Of a stretch of DNA of 64,000 nucleotides, positions 1 to 9,585 are shown in pieces. Source of the stretch: Patescibacteria group bacterium (GTDB lineage: Bacteria > Patescibacteriota > Patescibacteriia > UBA9934); contig JBAYHI010000001.1 of assembly GCA_041666205.1 (NCBI GenBank), positions 26,894 through 90,893 of the forward strand, read 5' to 3'. The translations under genes and the position numbers were made by a program. Each line of letters opens with the position of its first letter. Position 1 is the first letter of the stretch. Under the pieces are notes generated by a model, which was not told where the DNA came from, did not search any database, and worked only from the letters and a program-made list of their open reading frames with translations.

Positions 1-46
1 ACTATTCGGACTCTGTATGGGACCCTATATTTTAGCATAAATTAGC

Positions 47-79
47 CCTTTTGTCAACCTTTGCGCATTGACAAAAAGG
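47..79. repeat. Hairpin/palindrome ccttttgtcaa-N10-ttgacaaaaagg upstream of the GC-rich ORF
   Basis: 11-bp near-perfect inverted repeat seen directly in sequence. It could be a terminator of an upstream gene outside the window or an operator. Confidence 0.5.
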
Positions 80-186
80 CCAATTTCTGCTAAATTTCCG
101 TGTTCTGCCGAGCTCTCAAAAAGGCAGAAGTTCTTTAAAAATCGTCCAATTGCGAATAACTCTCAAGTTCCAAGCAGGAGTCTCAG

Positions 187-2085
187 ATGAACGCAATTTT
201 CTCCGCTGACTTCATCAAGAATATCGCTGACCTCGGAAAGCAGGCGAAGGGCGCTCAGGGAAAGGCCTTGGACCCCATCACAGCCTCTCTCAAGAAGGCC
301 CTGGGCCACTGGGTCGAGGACTACGTCGAGGGCATGGACCTGAAGAAGTCGTTCGACTTCGTCGGCGCGTTGATGGGAATCGTCGGGCTCCATGACCTCC
401 TCATGAAGCATCTCCCGCCCAGCGTATTGGTGCTGGTGGGTGGCTTCCTGGCGGAGATCGCCAAGACCACGATCGCGGCAAGAAACCCGATTTTCGGCCA
501 CGCCCTCGGACTCTTCCTCGACCACTCCTCAGTGGGACTCGAGGAATACTTCCAGAGGAAGAAGGCCGAAGGCAAGGACCCGGATCCGAATGAGACTCAT
601 TCCATCCTCATGGGATCGGTCGAGAAGTTCAAGATCCTCTTCACGAGCCCAAGCGGTCCGCCCCGCGATCCGCCGAGCAAGTTCCTCGAGACTCTCTCCC
701 ACCGCGAGCTCACTTTGCTCGCCGCGCTCATCAAGGCCGTCCGGGCCGAGATGATCGGCGACCCCGTCGTGGTCAAACCCGACGACGAGGATGAGGATGA
801 CGAGGAGTCCTCAGTCTTGAGCCGAGCCTGGGGCAGACTCAAGACGAACGTGCTGTGGCTCCTCTGGATCGACGAAGACGTCGACGAAGACGAGCCCGAA
901 GCAACGCTCGCCGGGAACGCCTTCCGGATCGAGGAAGCCATCAGGCACCTCATCCGTGAGGACCCCAGAACCCTCAAGCACCTGCTCAAGGCGCTTGTGA
1001 AGGACGGCGTCACGCCCGAAATGGTTGCAGAGAACCCCGCCAAGCACGGCGAGGTGTTCTACAATCTGGTGGCAACGCTCCACAACCCCGGACCCTTGTC
1101 CTGGGGTGGCGACATCGCCGACGCCCTGAACATCAAGCGCGCGACCCTCGAGTGGCTCGACAGGCGAGTCATTTTCTACGCCACGGTCGTGATCGTGGCC
1201 CTGGCGTTCGTGATCGCCGGATCGACCTTCCTGGTCTCCGGCACGCTCGGACTGCTCGGCGCCTTCGCCTGGCTCTTCGGACTCGTTGTGGGGATGTTCT
1301 TCGCTCCCGAGTCCGCGCTGGCAGGAGTGCCCATTATGATCGGCCTCGGGCTGATCTATGTGGCGCGTCTCCTGTTCCCGGCCCCCAGCCATCTCTCCCG
1401 AGGAGCCGCAAATCTTGTCGGGGGAACGAAGGTGGGTCAAAACTCGCCCATCGAAGAGGGTGCTGCACGGATCAAGAACGTCCTGCGCATCCTAGGAATC
1501 GGGTCCGGCGAACAAATCGTGCGCACACTGCTTGCGCTCGATGACTCCCACGACATCAGAAACACCGGATGGTGGCACCACGTGGCAGTCGCGGTATCGA
1601 TCGTCACGGCAGGTCTCACTGCCATCGTCCTGGGAATCTTCCTCGTCATGGGCGAGTGGAGACTTCTCCTCGACTACGATGCGGGCCTGCAACAGTACAC
1701 GCCACACTTCTACCGGGCGGCGTGGCTGTTCCTTACGAGGACTGCCTGCTTCGTGATCTGCTTCGCAGCGATCGGGAACGACATCGTATCTCGCACGAGC
1801 TGGCGGTTCACGTTCACGCAGTCGACAGCACGCACTGCCCTGGCCATCAAGTTGGTCGTCGCAGCCGCGGTCTTCGCTGCAGCCCTCTTCGTCTGCGGCG
1901 GTGGCATCGGCCTCGCGGGCGTTGGCTTGCACGTGGCCTACGGTGCAGCTCGCACTGAGGCCACGCAGGTCTACCACGACTTCCAGGGCAAGTCGTCTGC
2001 GCATCCCGAGGATGACGCACACAACAGCCCCTACGACGGCTGCACGGAATTCCCGTGCAAGCCCGAAAACAAAGGACTGAGGTAG
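187..2085 (+). CDS. Hypothetical multi-pass membrane protein with acidic D/E-rich stretches; conspicuously GC-rich with G/C at third codon positions
   Basis: 632-aa uninterrupted ORF with AGGAG 7 nt upstream of the ATG. Several hydrophobic helices sit in the C-terminal half. No recognisable family motif. The GC shift starts at the ATG and ends at the terminator. Confidence 0.6.
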   Translation: MNAIFSADFIKNIADLGKQAKGAQGKALDPITASLKKALGHWVEDYVEGMDLKKSFDFVGALMGIVGLHDLLMKHLPPSVLVLVGGFLAEIAKTTIAARNPIFGHALGLFLDHSSVGLEEYFQRKKAEGKDPDPNETHSILMGSVEKFKILFTSPSGPPRDPPSKFLETLSHRELTLLAALIKAVRAEMIGDPVVVKPDDEDEDDEESSVLSRAWGRLKTNVLWLLWIDEDVDEDEPEATLAGNAFRIEEAIRHLIREDPRTLKHLLKALVKDGVTPEMVAENPAKHGEVFYNLVATLHNPGPLSWGGDIADALNIKRATLEWLDRRVIFYATVVIVALAFVIAGSTFLVSGTLGLLGAFAWLFGLVVGMFFAPESALAGVPIMIGLGLIYVARLLFPAPSHLSRGAANLVGGTKVGQNSPIEEGAARIKNVLRILGIGSGEQIVRTLLALDDSHDIRNTGWWHHVAVAVSIVTAGLTAIVLGIFLVMGEWRLLLDYDAGLQQYTPHFYRAAWLFLTRTACFVICFAAIGNDIVSRTSWRFTFTQSTARTALAIKLVVAAAVFAAALFVCGGGIGLAGVGLHVAYGAARTEATQVYHDFQGKSSAHPEDDAHNSPYDGCTEFPCKPENKGLR

Positions 2086-2109
2086 CGCCTCAGCCCTTCT
2101 GACCCCCAC

Positions 2110-2150
2110 GTCGCTCCGCTGGAGCTTCGCTGGGGGTCTTGTCTTTTATA
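2110..2150 (+). terminator. Intrinsic terminator after the 187-2085 ORF
   Basis: gaccccca...tgggggtc 8-bp stem with a nested gctcc-gct-ggagc hairpin, followed by ttgtctttt. Confidence 0.55.
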
Positions 2151-2154
2151 ACGA

Positions 2155-3216
2155 TTATTTCCCCATCTGCTCCTTGAAATACTTCACAAATGGAATTTCT
2201 TTTGGATTTACTTCATTGAGCATTGCCAAATAGTAGGCCACAAAACTCCCAAACTGCATCACCTCGCCACATTCCTCAAGCTTTGACCCGCCACCAACCT
2301 CGTATTCAATCACTTCCGCTCCTTGCTTTTCAAAAACCGTGGCTGTGACGTCGTAGCGCTTAATGATTCGTGGATGATAAAGGGGTGATTTGAGCATGAG
2401 CACAGTCCATTTTGCAAATTCCCCATCTGGATTTGCAAGTCCTTCCATCAAATGGTGGTTAAGTTCAGGAATTTCCGCGCTAAAGGCAATCTGCTTGGAT
2501 GATTCATTGATTTGATTTGCCATCAAATGCGCGCTCCCGGCCAAATGCTCTGACGAAACAATTAAAATATTGCGGTCTTTGAGTTCGGTTGCAGTGATCT
2601 TTGCTGGATTTTTTTCAGATTTGATCTCCAATCTGCACCCTTCTACCACATCGCTCATGGCTTGGGTCATATATTTCACTTCCGAAGTCGCGATTTTGAG
2701 TAGCCCGGCGCGTTCCAAGATGCCCAAAATTCCAACCATGGAAAATCCCACACCCAAGCGTGGTTCTTTTGCCAAATCCCCTGGCTTGAACGCGTAAAAT
2801 GGAATATGTTCGCGCTTTGCAAAATTGAGGAGCGCGCCACCTGTGGCAATCACAATCATTTTTGCGCGATGTCGGCGTGCTTCTTTTGCCGCAGCAATCA
2901 CCTCTTCGGTACTTCCTGAAAAACTCGAAAGAATCACAAGGGTGCGAGAGTTAACCGATCCTGGAACATCGTATCCGCGCACCAATTCAAATGGCACGCG
3001 AAGTTTCGAGAAAAACACGGATTGCACAATTTCCGGACCAAGTGCCGATCCGCCCATTCCAACAACCACAATGCGATCGCAATTGCGATAATTCGATGGA
3101 ATCACGAGCTCTCGCGTTTCGTCCCAAGCGATTTTTGCCTGCTCTGGCAGATGTTCAATGCCATAGCTGATTTCCTCCTTATCAAACGTTGCGTAGGTTT
3201 TTTGACTGTCCAACAT
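2155..3216 (-). CDS. pgi: Bifunctional phosphoglucose/phosphomannose isomerase (SIS domain)
   Basis: 353 aa with SIS-domain sugar-isomerase motifs (VVVGMGGSALGP, SFSGSTEE). Length and layout match the archaeal-type PGI/PMI family. Confidence 0.75.
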   Translation of the reverse strand: MLDSQKTYATFDKEEISYGIEHLPEQAKIAWDETRELVIPSNYRNCDRIVVVGMGGSALGPEIVQSVFFSKLRVPFELVRGYDVPGSVNSRTLVILSSFSGSTEEVIAAAKEARRHRAKMIVIATGGALLNFAKREHIPFYAFKPGDLAKEPRLGVGFSMVGILGILERAGLLKIATSEVKYMTQAMSDVVEGCRLEIKSEKNPAKITATELKDRNILIVSSEHLAGSAHLMANQINESSKQIAFSAEIPELNHHLMEGLANPDGEFAKWTVLMLKSPLYHPRIIKRYDVTATVFEKQGAEVIEYEVGGGSKLEECGEVMQFGSFVAYYLAMLNEVNPKEIPFVKYFKEQMGK

Positions 3217-3217
3217 A

Positions 3218-4384
3218 TTAGAGGATGCTAGTTTTATTTTTGATCATGTCTGTAAGCTCCTGACGGCGCGAAATATCTCCCACAAGTGCTGCGCCAACCA
3301 AAATTCCGTTTCGCAAGAATAATTCTTCTGCTTTTTCGTTTTCCAATACGGTTTGACGCACTTCCGTAGCGTGTTCGCGCGATGTATCGCCAATAAAAAC
3401 AACCGAAAGCCCTGCGAGCCATGCTGAATAGGAGGTCACAAGCTCAAAGGCAACGCGATTCCCCATCATATTCTGCGCCACAACGCGCCCCTGCATAATG
3501 GCATTCATCCAATTTGCCGAAACGCGGCGGCGTCCGACTGACAAATCCATAAATTCTGCCACATCACCTGCGACAAAAATGTCTTGCTGATTGGTCTCAA
3601 GATATTCATTTGCCAAAATCCCTGCCCCGCATTCAATTCCAGCAGATTTGAATAATTCTAAATCCGGATGCAATCCAATCCCCACGCCCAAAATAGTTGC
3701 GGGGATTTCTTTTCCTTCGATTTTTAAGCCTTCCAGATGCATGTCGCCCGTGAGCTCCGGAATCTCTTTGGACTCAATAATCTTCATCCCTTGCGATTCA
3801 ATATGCGTTCGAAGGATCGCTTGCGACTCAGGCGACAAACTCTTTGACCAAAATCCGCCACGCAGGAGCACTGTTGTGTCAAACCCAAAATGACGAAAAA
3901 TATTTATGAGCTCCATGGCAATAAAACTCCCACCCATCACCGCAACCGTGTTTTTGCCTGTTGCTTTTGCTTCCGCAATCAATTCCTTCAAATGATCCGT
4001 GTCGCCAAGTGTGCGTAAATATGCCACGCCCTTTTTGTCGTCTCCGAGCAAATTCACGTCAAGTCCGGTTGTTATCAGTAACTTATCAAACGGAATCTCG
4101 CGACCTTCACTTGTTTCAACAAATTTATTGATCGCGTCTATTTTTATTGCCTCAACGCCCGAAAACCATTCAATATGATGTTTTGCGTACCATTCTGGTT
4201 TCTTGAGAAAAAGTTTCTCGCGATTAATTTCGCTAGTTGCATACTTTGGCAGCAATACCTTGCTATAAAGTGGTTCGTCTTCACGCTCAATAATCGAAAT
4301 GGAGGCTTCTGCATCTAATTTGCGTAGCTCTTCAGCCGCTGTAACGCCGGCAATTCCACCGCCAATAATTACAAACGCTGTCAT
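3218..4384 (-). CDS. FAD-dependent pyridine nucleotide-disulfide oxidoreductase (ferredoxin/rubredoxin reductase-like)
   Basis: Rossmann motif VIIGGGIAG at the N-terminus and a second dinucleotide fold (VAVMGGSFIAME). The start is placed at MTAFVIIGGG because the longer ORF would overlap the ferredoxin gene. Confidence 0.8.
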   Translation of the reverse strand: MTAFVIIGGGIAGVTAAEELRKLDAEASISIIEREDEPLYSKVLLPKYATSEINREKLFLKKPEWYAKHHIEWFSGVEAIKIDAINKFVETSEGREIPFDKLLITTGLDVNLLGDDKKGVAYLRTLGDTDHLKELIAEAKATGKNTVAVMGGSFIAMELINIFRHFGFDTTVLLRGGFWSKSLSPESQAILRTHIESQGMKIIESKEIPELTGDMHLEGLKIEGKEIPATILGVGIGLHPDLELFKSAGIECGAGILANEYLETNQQDIFVAGDVAEFMDLSVGRRRVSANWMNAIMQGRVVAQNMMGNRVAFELVTSYSAWLAGLSVVFIGDTSREHATEVRQTVLENEKAEELFLRNGILVGAALVGDISRRQELTDMIKNKTSIL

Positions 4385-4385
4385 A

Positions 4386-4649
4386 TTAAACTTCTGGAAA
4401 AAGTTGCGCACCTGATTCATCAAAAATCGCAATTGCCAAGGTTGGGCAAGATTGCGCTGCCAAGATGATTGTATTTTTCTCGTCTTCGGTCACTTCAAGC
4501 GTGCGCTCATACGTTGGCGTCTCAGCTTTACCGTGGTCGAGGACTTCGGCCTTATTCTCGTCGTTTAGGTGGAATGTTTCGTCGGCAACGGCTACGCAAC
4601 TTGCGGCGCCGATGCAAAGGTCTGGGTCGACTTTGATGGTGATTTTCAT
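4386..4649 (-). CDS. fdx: 4Fe-4S single-cluster ferredoxin
   Basis: 87 aa with the CIGAASCVAVA...C-P cysteine pattern. It is immediately upstream of, and co-oriented with, the reductase. Confidence 0.8.
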   Translation of the reverse strand: MKITIKVDPDLCIGAASCVAVADETFHLNDENKAEVLDHGKAETPTYERTLEVTEDEKNTIILAAQSCPTLAIAIFDESGAQLFPEV

Positions 4650-4661
4650 AATGCACTCATT

Positions 4662-5342
4662 CTAGCCAAAGTACTTCTCATTGTAAAACCGAATGAGCGA
4701 CTCGACTTCGGCAACAATTGAAGGATTTGAGCCCGTCACCTTGGTGCGAGCCTGCACTGAGGCAAAATCCTTACACCCGGCAATCACTGCTTCTTCGATA
4801 TCGCGGTCGGTTACGCGGGCTCCAGCGTCCACAATGCGCGACGCTTCTGGTATCACTTTTTCTATTTGATTGGTGGAGCGGTAATAATCGTTAATGGCGT
4901 CGCGCAGGGCTTTGTCGCATAGGACCGAGCAATGGAATTTGCGCGCCGGCAGTCCACCGAGTCGCTCCATGACGAGCTCCGGGCGAAGCGCTCGCGCTTC
5001 TTCTGGGGTCATGCCTTCTCCTTCAGTCACCATCACAGACGCCATGGAGGTGGCGGCAATGGCTGATCCGCACCCAAATGTGCGCCACGCGCACTTTTTG
5101 ATGCGATTCGTTTTTTCGTCGACAAAGAGCCACATGCGCATTTCGTCGCCACATGCGGGACTGCCGGCGCGCCCCTTGGCATTAAATTCCCCTGGCACAG
5201 GATCGCGATTCAAGAAATTTCGTGGATTAAAAAAATGATCTTTCACGGTTTCACTGTAAAACCACGAGGTTTTGCCGTCAAAACTCTTTACATCCCCGCC
5301 TTCCCCCACGATTTTTTCTGCTTCGTGTGGAATTTTATTCAT
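4662..5342 (-). CDS. nifU: NifU-like Fe-S scaffold (IscU-type N-domain plus BFD-like 2Fe-2S domain)
   Basis: Conserved Cys ligand motif SPACGDEMRMW and HC in the IscU domain; C-terminal BFD-like segment. Confidence 0.85.
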   Translation of the reverse strand: MNKIPHEAEKIVGEGGDVKSFDGKTSWFYSETVKDHFFNPRNFLNRDPVPGEFNAKGRAGSPACGDEMRMWLFVDEKTNRIKKCAWRTFGCGSAIAATSMASVMVTEGEGMTPEEARALRPELVMERLGGLPARKFHCSVLCDKALRDAINDYYRSTNQIEKVIPEASRIVDAGARVTDRDIEEAVIAGCKDFASVQARTKVTGSNPSIVAEVESLIRFYNEKYFG

Positions 5343-6537
5343 AAAACGTCTCTGTTCCAGATTTTGGACTCATGCCGCGAAGTTTTTCTACAACGCCAGG
5401 CAAAACCTCCAAGACGTATGCGATCTCTTCTTTCGATGTCTCTCGACCCAACGTGAATCGCAAACTACTATGCGCAACCTCAGCTGGAACTCCGAGCGCC
5501 ATAATCACGTGACTTGGATCAAGCGAAGCGCTCGTACAGGCCGATCCAGTTGAAGCAAAAACGCCTTGCGCATCCAAATAGAGGAGTAGTGCTTCGCCCT
5601 CAACGTCCATGAAGGAAAAACTAGCGTTATTTGGCAATCGCTCAGTTGCGTGGCCATTCAAACGAACGTGAGGTACGGCGCTACGAATGCCGGCAATCAA
5701 TTCGTCGCGGAGTTTTATGGTCTTTTCCGTATATTCAGCCTGTTGCGCTACTGCAATCTCCAGAGCCTTTGCAAATCCAATGATTGCTGGCACATTTTCT
5801 GTTCCAGGTCGACGTCGCGCTTCTTGATCGCCCCCAAACATGAGTGGCTCGAGTTTAATTCCGCGACGCATGTACAGCATTCCAACACCTTTTGGCCCAT
5901 AAATCTTCCCGCCATTGAGGGTCATCATGTCCACGTTGATTTTTTGAACATTAATTTCTTCCGAACCGACTGCCTGGCAGGCATCGGTGTGAAAAATTGG
6001 AAAAAGGGATTTACGTGCTTCGCGATGCTTGCGAATGACAGATCCAATCTTTTGAATCGGATTTAGGGTGCCGATTTCATTGTTTCCGTAGATGAGTGAC
6101 ACAAGAATGGTGTCGTCGCGAAGTGCGCTTTGAAGTTTCTCAACGGAAATTTGTCCCGATTCATCCGTTTCGAGTACCGTCACATCAAATCCTTCCTTTT
6201 TGAGTTGAAGTGCCGGCTCAAGTACGGCCTTATGCTCGACTGAACTGACAATGATGTGCTTGCCGTGCTCTGCATTCTTGCGAGCAAATCCCAAAATCGC
6301 CAAATTATCGGCCTCGGTTCCACCTGACGTAAAAATAATCTCGTCGGGTCGTGCGCCCAAGAGCGTGGCAATACCGCCCCGAGCTTTATCGAGCGCGTCT
6401 TTCACCTGTTTTCCTGGCATGTGAAAACTCGAAGGATTTTGAAATTGATTACAAAAATACGGCGCCATCGCAGATTGCACATCCAAGTCTATTGGAGTGG
6501 CGGCCGCATAATCCAAATAAACGTTTTCTTTTGCCAT
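5335..6537 (-). CDS. nifS: Cysteine desulfurase (NifS/IscS family, PLP-dependent)
   Basis: Class-V aminotransferase motifs (FTSGGTEADN, HKIYGPKG, SGSACTS). Start chosen at MAKENVYLDYAAATP. Confidence 0.9.
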   Translation of the reverse strand: MAKENVYLDYAAATPIDLDVQSAMAPYFCNQFQNPSSFHMPGKQVKDALDKARGGIATLLGARPDEIIFTSGGTEADNLAILGFARKNAEHGKHIIVSSVEHKAVLEPALQLKKEGFDVTVLETDESGQISVEKLQSALRDDTILVSLIYGNNEIGTLNPIQKIGSVIRKHREARKSLFPIFHTDACQAVGSEEINVQKINVDMMTLNGGKIYGPKGVGMLYMRRGIKLEPLMFGGDQEARRRPGTENVPAIIGFAKALEIAVAQQAEYTEKTIKLRDELIAGIRSAVPHVRLNGHATERLPNNASFSFMDVEGEALLLYLDAQGVFASTGSACTSASLDPSHVIMALGVPAEVAHSSLRFTLGRETSKEEIAYVLEVLPGVVEKLRGMSPKSGTETFYE

Positions 6538-6582
6538 AGGTTTGGCAAGCTTAGCCAAAAAAACGTGTTTCGTCAATGGAGA

Positions 6583-7572
6583 CTATTCTTCCTTGCAAGA
6601 TCCAAACGTAAGGGCAAATAACGACAAATCTTTTGATTTTGTGCGAATTTTGAGCGTCCCTTTGTGATACGTGTCCGACGAAACCAATTTATAAAGGCGG
6701 TGATCTGCCACATGCACAATGGCGCGATCCCCCACAAACTCTACATCTGCGCCCGCCATATCGCTTGGAAGCGGCATTCCATCGAACTCAATCTCAACTT
6801 CCGCGGACTTGCCAGCTCCCATCACAATATTTACGGAAAGTGCCGAATATTTGATTGCGATATATTCGGTTGGGCTTGGTAATTCCTTGATATGAGAAAT
6901 GGATTCCCCGTTTACCTGCCAATGCCCATGCAGATATAAAAGATCGTCTTCGTGTACGCCTGTATCGGTAAATGCATGCTCAGTATTTGGAACCAGATTC
7001 ATGCCATTGCCATATCGGCCTCGCAAATATCCCAAATACGTCTCAGGCGTAGTGCGGTAGCAAATTCCCCCGCCAACCAGCGGATCAGGTGCAATCGCTG
7101 GTAAATCCATGGCACCAGTTTCGGCAAGCGCATGCTGAATTGCACTTTCAGTTTTCGCATACCCATGTTCGCCAATGTGATCGTAAACAATAAAGCCGTG
7201 GCGATCAATCACAAATGAGCGTGGCCACCAGCGATTGGCGTATAAATTCCAAATCTTATATTCCGAATCGAGCACAACCGCATAGGTAATGCCCATTTGC
7301 TCGATTGCCTTGCGCACGCGCGCCGATTCTTTTTCAAATGCAAATTCAGGCGAGTGGACACCAATGATGACAAGTCCCTTCTCTTTATATTTTTCCTGCC
7401 ACTCCTTCACATGCGCAATCGCGTGATGACAATTGAGGCATGAGTATGTCCAAAAATCAATCAAAACAACCTTCCCTGCCAATTCTTTCAGTGTTAATGG
7501 CGGAGAATTTACCCACTCCAGTTCTTTTGGAAACTCTGTGGCACGTACTTTTGCAATGCGATGCAAAATCAT
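6583..7572 (-). CDS. Thioredoxin-fold (redoxin/TlpA-like) protein with a C-terminal extension
   Basis: The thioredoxin-like region carries a FWTYSCLNCHH redox motif and an HSPEF segment. The start is uncertain; MILHRIAK is preferred over the upstream Met. Confidence 0.7.
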   Translation of the reverse strand: MILHRIAKVRATEFPKELEWVNSPPLTLKELAGKVVLIDFWTYSCLNCHHAIAHVKEWQEKYKEKGLVIIGVHSPEFAFEKESARVRKAIEQMGITYAVVLDSEYKIWNLYANRWWPRSFVIDRHGFIVYDHIGEHGYAKTESAIQHALAETGAMDLPAIAPDPLVGGGICYRTTPETYLGYLRGRYGNGMNLVPNTEHAFTDTGVHEDDLLYLHGHWQVNGESISHIKELPSPTEYIAIKYSALSVNIVMGAGKSAEVEIEFDGMPLPSDMAGADVEFVGDRAIVHVADHRLYKLVSSDTYHKGTLKIRTKSKDLSLFALTFGSCKEE

Positions 7573-7637
7573 AAGAACAACGACATTACAACTCAGTATA
7601 TACTCTCCCCCTTGCGCGTGCAAAAATATCTCGTTCT

Positions 7638-8084
7638 TTGCTACAATGGAGGCATATGCAACTCAGCGATCATTTTCTGCCATATTTAAATCCAACGCTT
7701 CTTATTGTGACAAACAATGAGTCTGCAAAGATTTTCAAAGCGCAAAATCACGAAATCGATGAAATCGAATTGCTCGTGGTTGGAAAACGAGAAGTCGAGG
7801 GTCGAGGATCGGGTACGCCAAACGATGGACCACCCGATTATGATGAATTAAAACATCAACAACGCTTAGAGCTCTATAAAACGCTCAGCGACTATTTACT
7901 TCAATACACGCAAAAAAATCCCGAGACTGAACTCATTTTATGCGCACCCGAAGCAAATAAGGGGGAATTGCAAGACGCAATGCATCGAGATGTGCAGAAA
8001 AAAATCGTGTCCCTGGTGCCAAAAAATCTTGCCTCGCTTCCAACCGATCAAATTATCCGAATATTACAAGAACACCGCACCTAG
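7638..8084 (+). CDS. Host-attachment-protein (Hap)/baeRF-like family protein
   Basis: A 140-150 aa protein. The layout TLLIVTNNESAKIF ... LILCAPEANKGELQDAMHRDVQKKIVSLVPKNL matches the PF10116-type pattern WxLVADGxRARIF ... LVLVAPPRTLGELRKxL..V..KIVGEI.KDLT. Start may be the downstream Met at 7656. Confidence 0.6.
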   Translation: MLQWRHMQLSDHFLPYLNPTLLIVTNNESAKIFKAQNHEIDEIELLVVGKREVEGRGSGTPNDGPPDYDELKHQQRLELYKTLSDYLLQYTQKNPETELILCAPEANKGELQDAMHRDVQKKIVSLVPKNLASLPTDQIIRILQEHRT

Positions 8085-8128
8085 AGCTTGCGAATGTGGC
8101 ATTTTTCTGTTAGCATATGGCCACTTGG

Positions 8129-8204
8129 GGCCACGTGGCGAAGTGGTTAACGCGGCGGTCTGCAAAACCGCTATTCGCCGGTCCAACTCCGGCCGTGGCC
8201 TCCA
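8129..8204 (+). tRNA. tRNA-Cys (GCA)
   Basis: Cloverleaf read by hand: acceptor ggccacg/cgtggcc, anticodon loop ctGCAaa, T arm gccgg/ccggc, discriminator U plus CCA. Confidence 0.85.
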
Positions 8205-8216
8205 AAGACAATATAA

Positions 8217-8250
8217 AAACCCGCGATTTGAGTCGCGAGTTTTTTCTTTT
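8217..8250. terminator. Intrinsic terminator, probably bidirectional
   Basis: cccgcgatttgagtcgcgag followed by ttttttc; it lies between the tRNA and the convergent lipoprotein gene. Confidence 0.6.
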
Positions 8251-8252
8251 TC

Positions 8253-8822
8253 TTATTGTTTTGTCTCGTTCTGAAACTCTGTAACGAGTTTTGCGCTCGT
8301 AAGAACTGTTTCCGCAGATTCAATCGACTGACCATTCTGTTCTAGAGTGAATTTGAATTTTTCACCATCTTGTTCAAAATAATACGCATATTGTGCCGAT
8401 CCCTCAAGCGTGCAGGTTTCTGTTCCAGCGCAAAGGTCAAGCTTTTTGAATCCATTTCCCATATCGGTTGCCTCTGACGGAATTATACTGTGTGAATCAA
8501 GGTGAAAAACACGAATACGCGTATAGTTCTCGCTCACAAATTGATCTGCCGTGAGTCCTTGCGACAAATCTGGAGTCTGCCCAGCGGAAAGAACGAGCTT
8601 ATCCGTGCTTTGAATCATGATGTCGGAAAGCGTGGAATCAAGGTCGCGATTGAGTTTTGATGTTGGATCATTGGCCGTGTAATCGCGTGTCATCACCCAT
8701 CCTTCTGGTAGGGAAAAAGAAAGCCACCAATCCCCCTCAACCCCTCCAAGAAGCGTCTTGCCTCCGAAACATCCTGCACCAACAAGCAAAATCGAACCAA
8801 GTGCCAATAAAAGCTTTTTCAT
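8253..8822 (-). CDS. Hypothetical lipoprotein
   Basis: Start chosen at MKKLLLALGSILLVGAGC (signal peptide plus lipobox). No other family motif recognised. Confidence 0.65.
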   Translation of the reverse strand: MKKLLLALGSILLVGAGCFGGKTLLGGVEGDWWLSFSLPEGWVMTRDYTANDPTSKLNRDLDSTLSDIMIQSTDKLVLSAGQTPDLSQGLTADQFVSENYTRIRVFHLDSHSIIPSEATDMGNGFKKLDLCAGTETCTLEGSAQYAYYFEQDGEKFKFTLEQNGQSIESAETVLTSAKLVTEFQNETKQ

Positions 8823-8889
8823 ATGCGAATAGTTATGAACGAACTTTAGCATAGCAAAAAACGGCGTCAATGCCGTTTTTTACTTTTGT

Positions 8890-9429
8890 TTAAGATGAGT
8901 AGATCCCGACCGTTTTCTTTCGGATGCCCCATTGTTTGGCAGAGGCAATATCTTGCCCCATATACCAGTCAACGCGGTGGGTGTAGCGAGCGTTCATTCG
9001 ATCACGTACCACACATACGCCAAGGCCTTCAACATGAAGTTTTGTGCCAAGCGGGACGAAGTTTGCAGCACAGGTATTGCTTCCTGCTTCAAGAAACGCA
9101 CAAATGTTTGTGCCTTGGGCACCAATACAAGGTGTTGAGTCGGTTTGCGCTGGCACCGAGTTATACGCACTCACTGTTACGACAATCGAATTTGTGGCGG
9201 CTCGGTCTGCAGCCACAGGTAGTGTGCCAAAGGGCTCATACTCATTGAGCATTTCGCGCGTTTTTACAGCGAGTTCTGCTCGAGAAATCGTGAGCGTTGT
9301 GCCTTGAGCATCGCTCAAGGACGGGTTCACAAGAGATCCAACCAAAATAACAAAGAGGCTCGCTCCCGCTGGAAAACGTGCAAACGCGCGACTCGCGATC
9401 CCCTCCAAGTTTTGGATGAATTTCTTCAT
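8890..9429 (-). CDS. 3D-domain (RlpA/MltA-like double-psi beta-barrel) cell-wall protein
   Basis: Signal peptide plus a C-terminal 3D-domain signature (VAA..VPLGTKLHVEGLG...VRDRMNARYT..VDWYM). Start at MKKFIQNLEG. Confidence 0.7.
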   Translation of the reverse strand: MKKFIQNLEGIASRAFARFPAGASLFVILVGSLVNPSLSDAQGTTLTISRAELAVKTREMLNEYEPFGTLPVAADRAATNSIVVTVSAYNSVPAQTDSTPCIGAQGTNICAFLEAGSNTCAANFVPLGTKLHVEGLGVCVVRDRMNARYTHRVDWYMGQDIASAKQWGIRKKTVGIYSS

Positions 9430-9585
9430 AGTTTTCAATAAAAAAGCCTCCGGCACAAATCCGAAGGATGGAAGAATGGTATCAGATTAAAGACCCTGAG
9501 TCAATAGAAAAAGGCGAATTTTGGCCAAGATACGGGCTTTTTCCTAGAAAAAAAATCACGAATTTGATATGATGAACGCACATTT

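Noticed and set aside
811-2109. Long minus-strand ORFs (811-1440, 1492-2109) and several plus-frame ORFs inside the GC-rich 187-2085 gene
   Set aside because: GC-rich DNA generates long stop-free antisense frames. They overlap the better-supported sense ORF entirely, are Arg/Gly/Pro-rich and have no start context.
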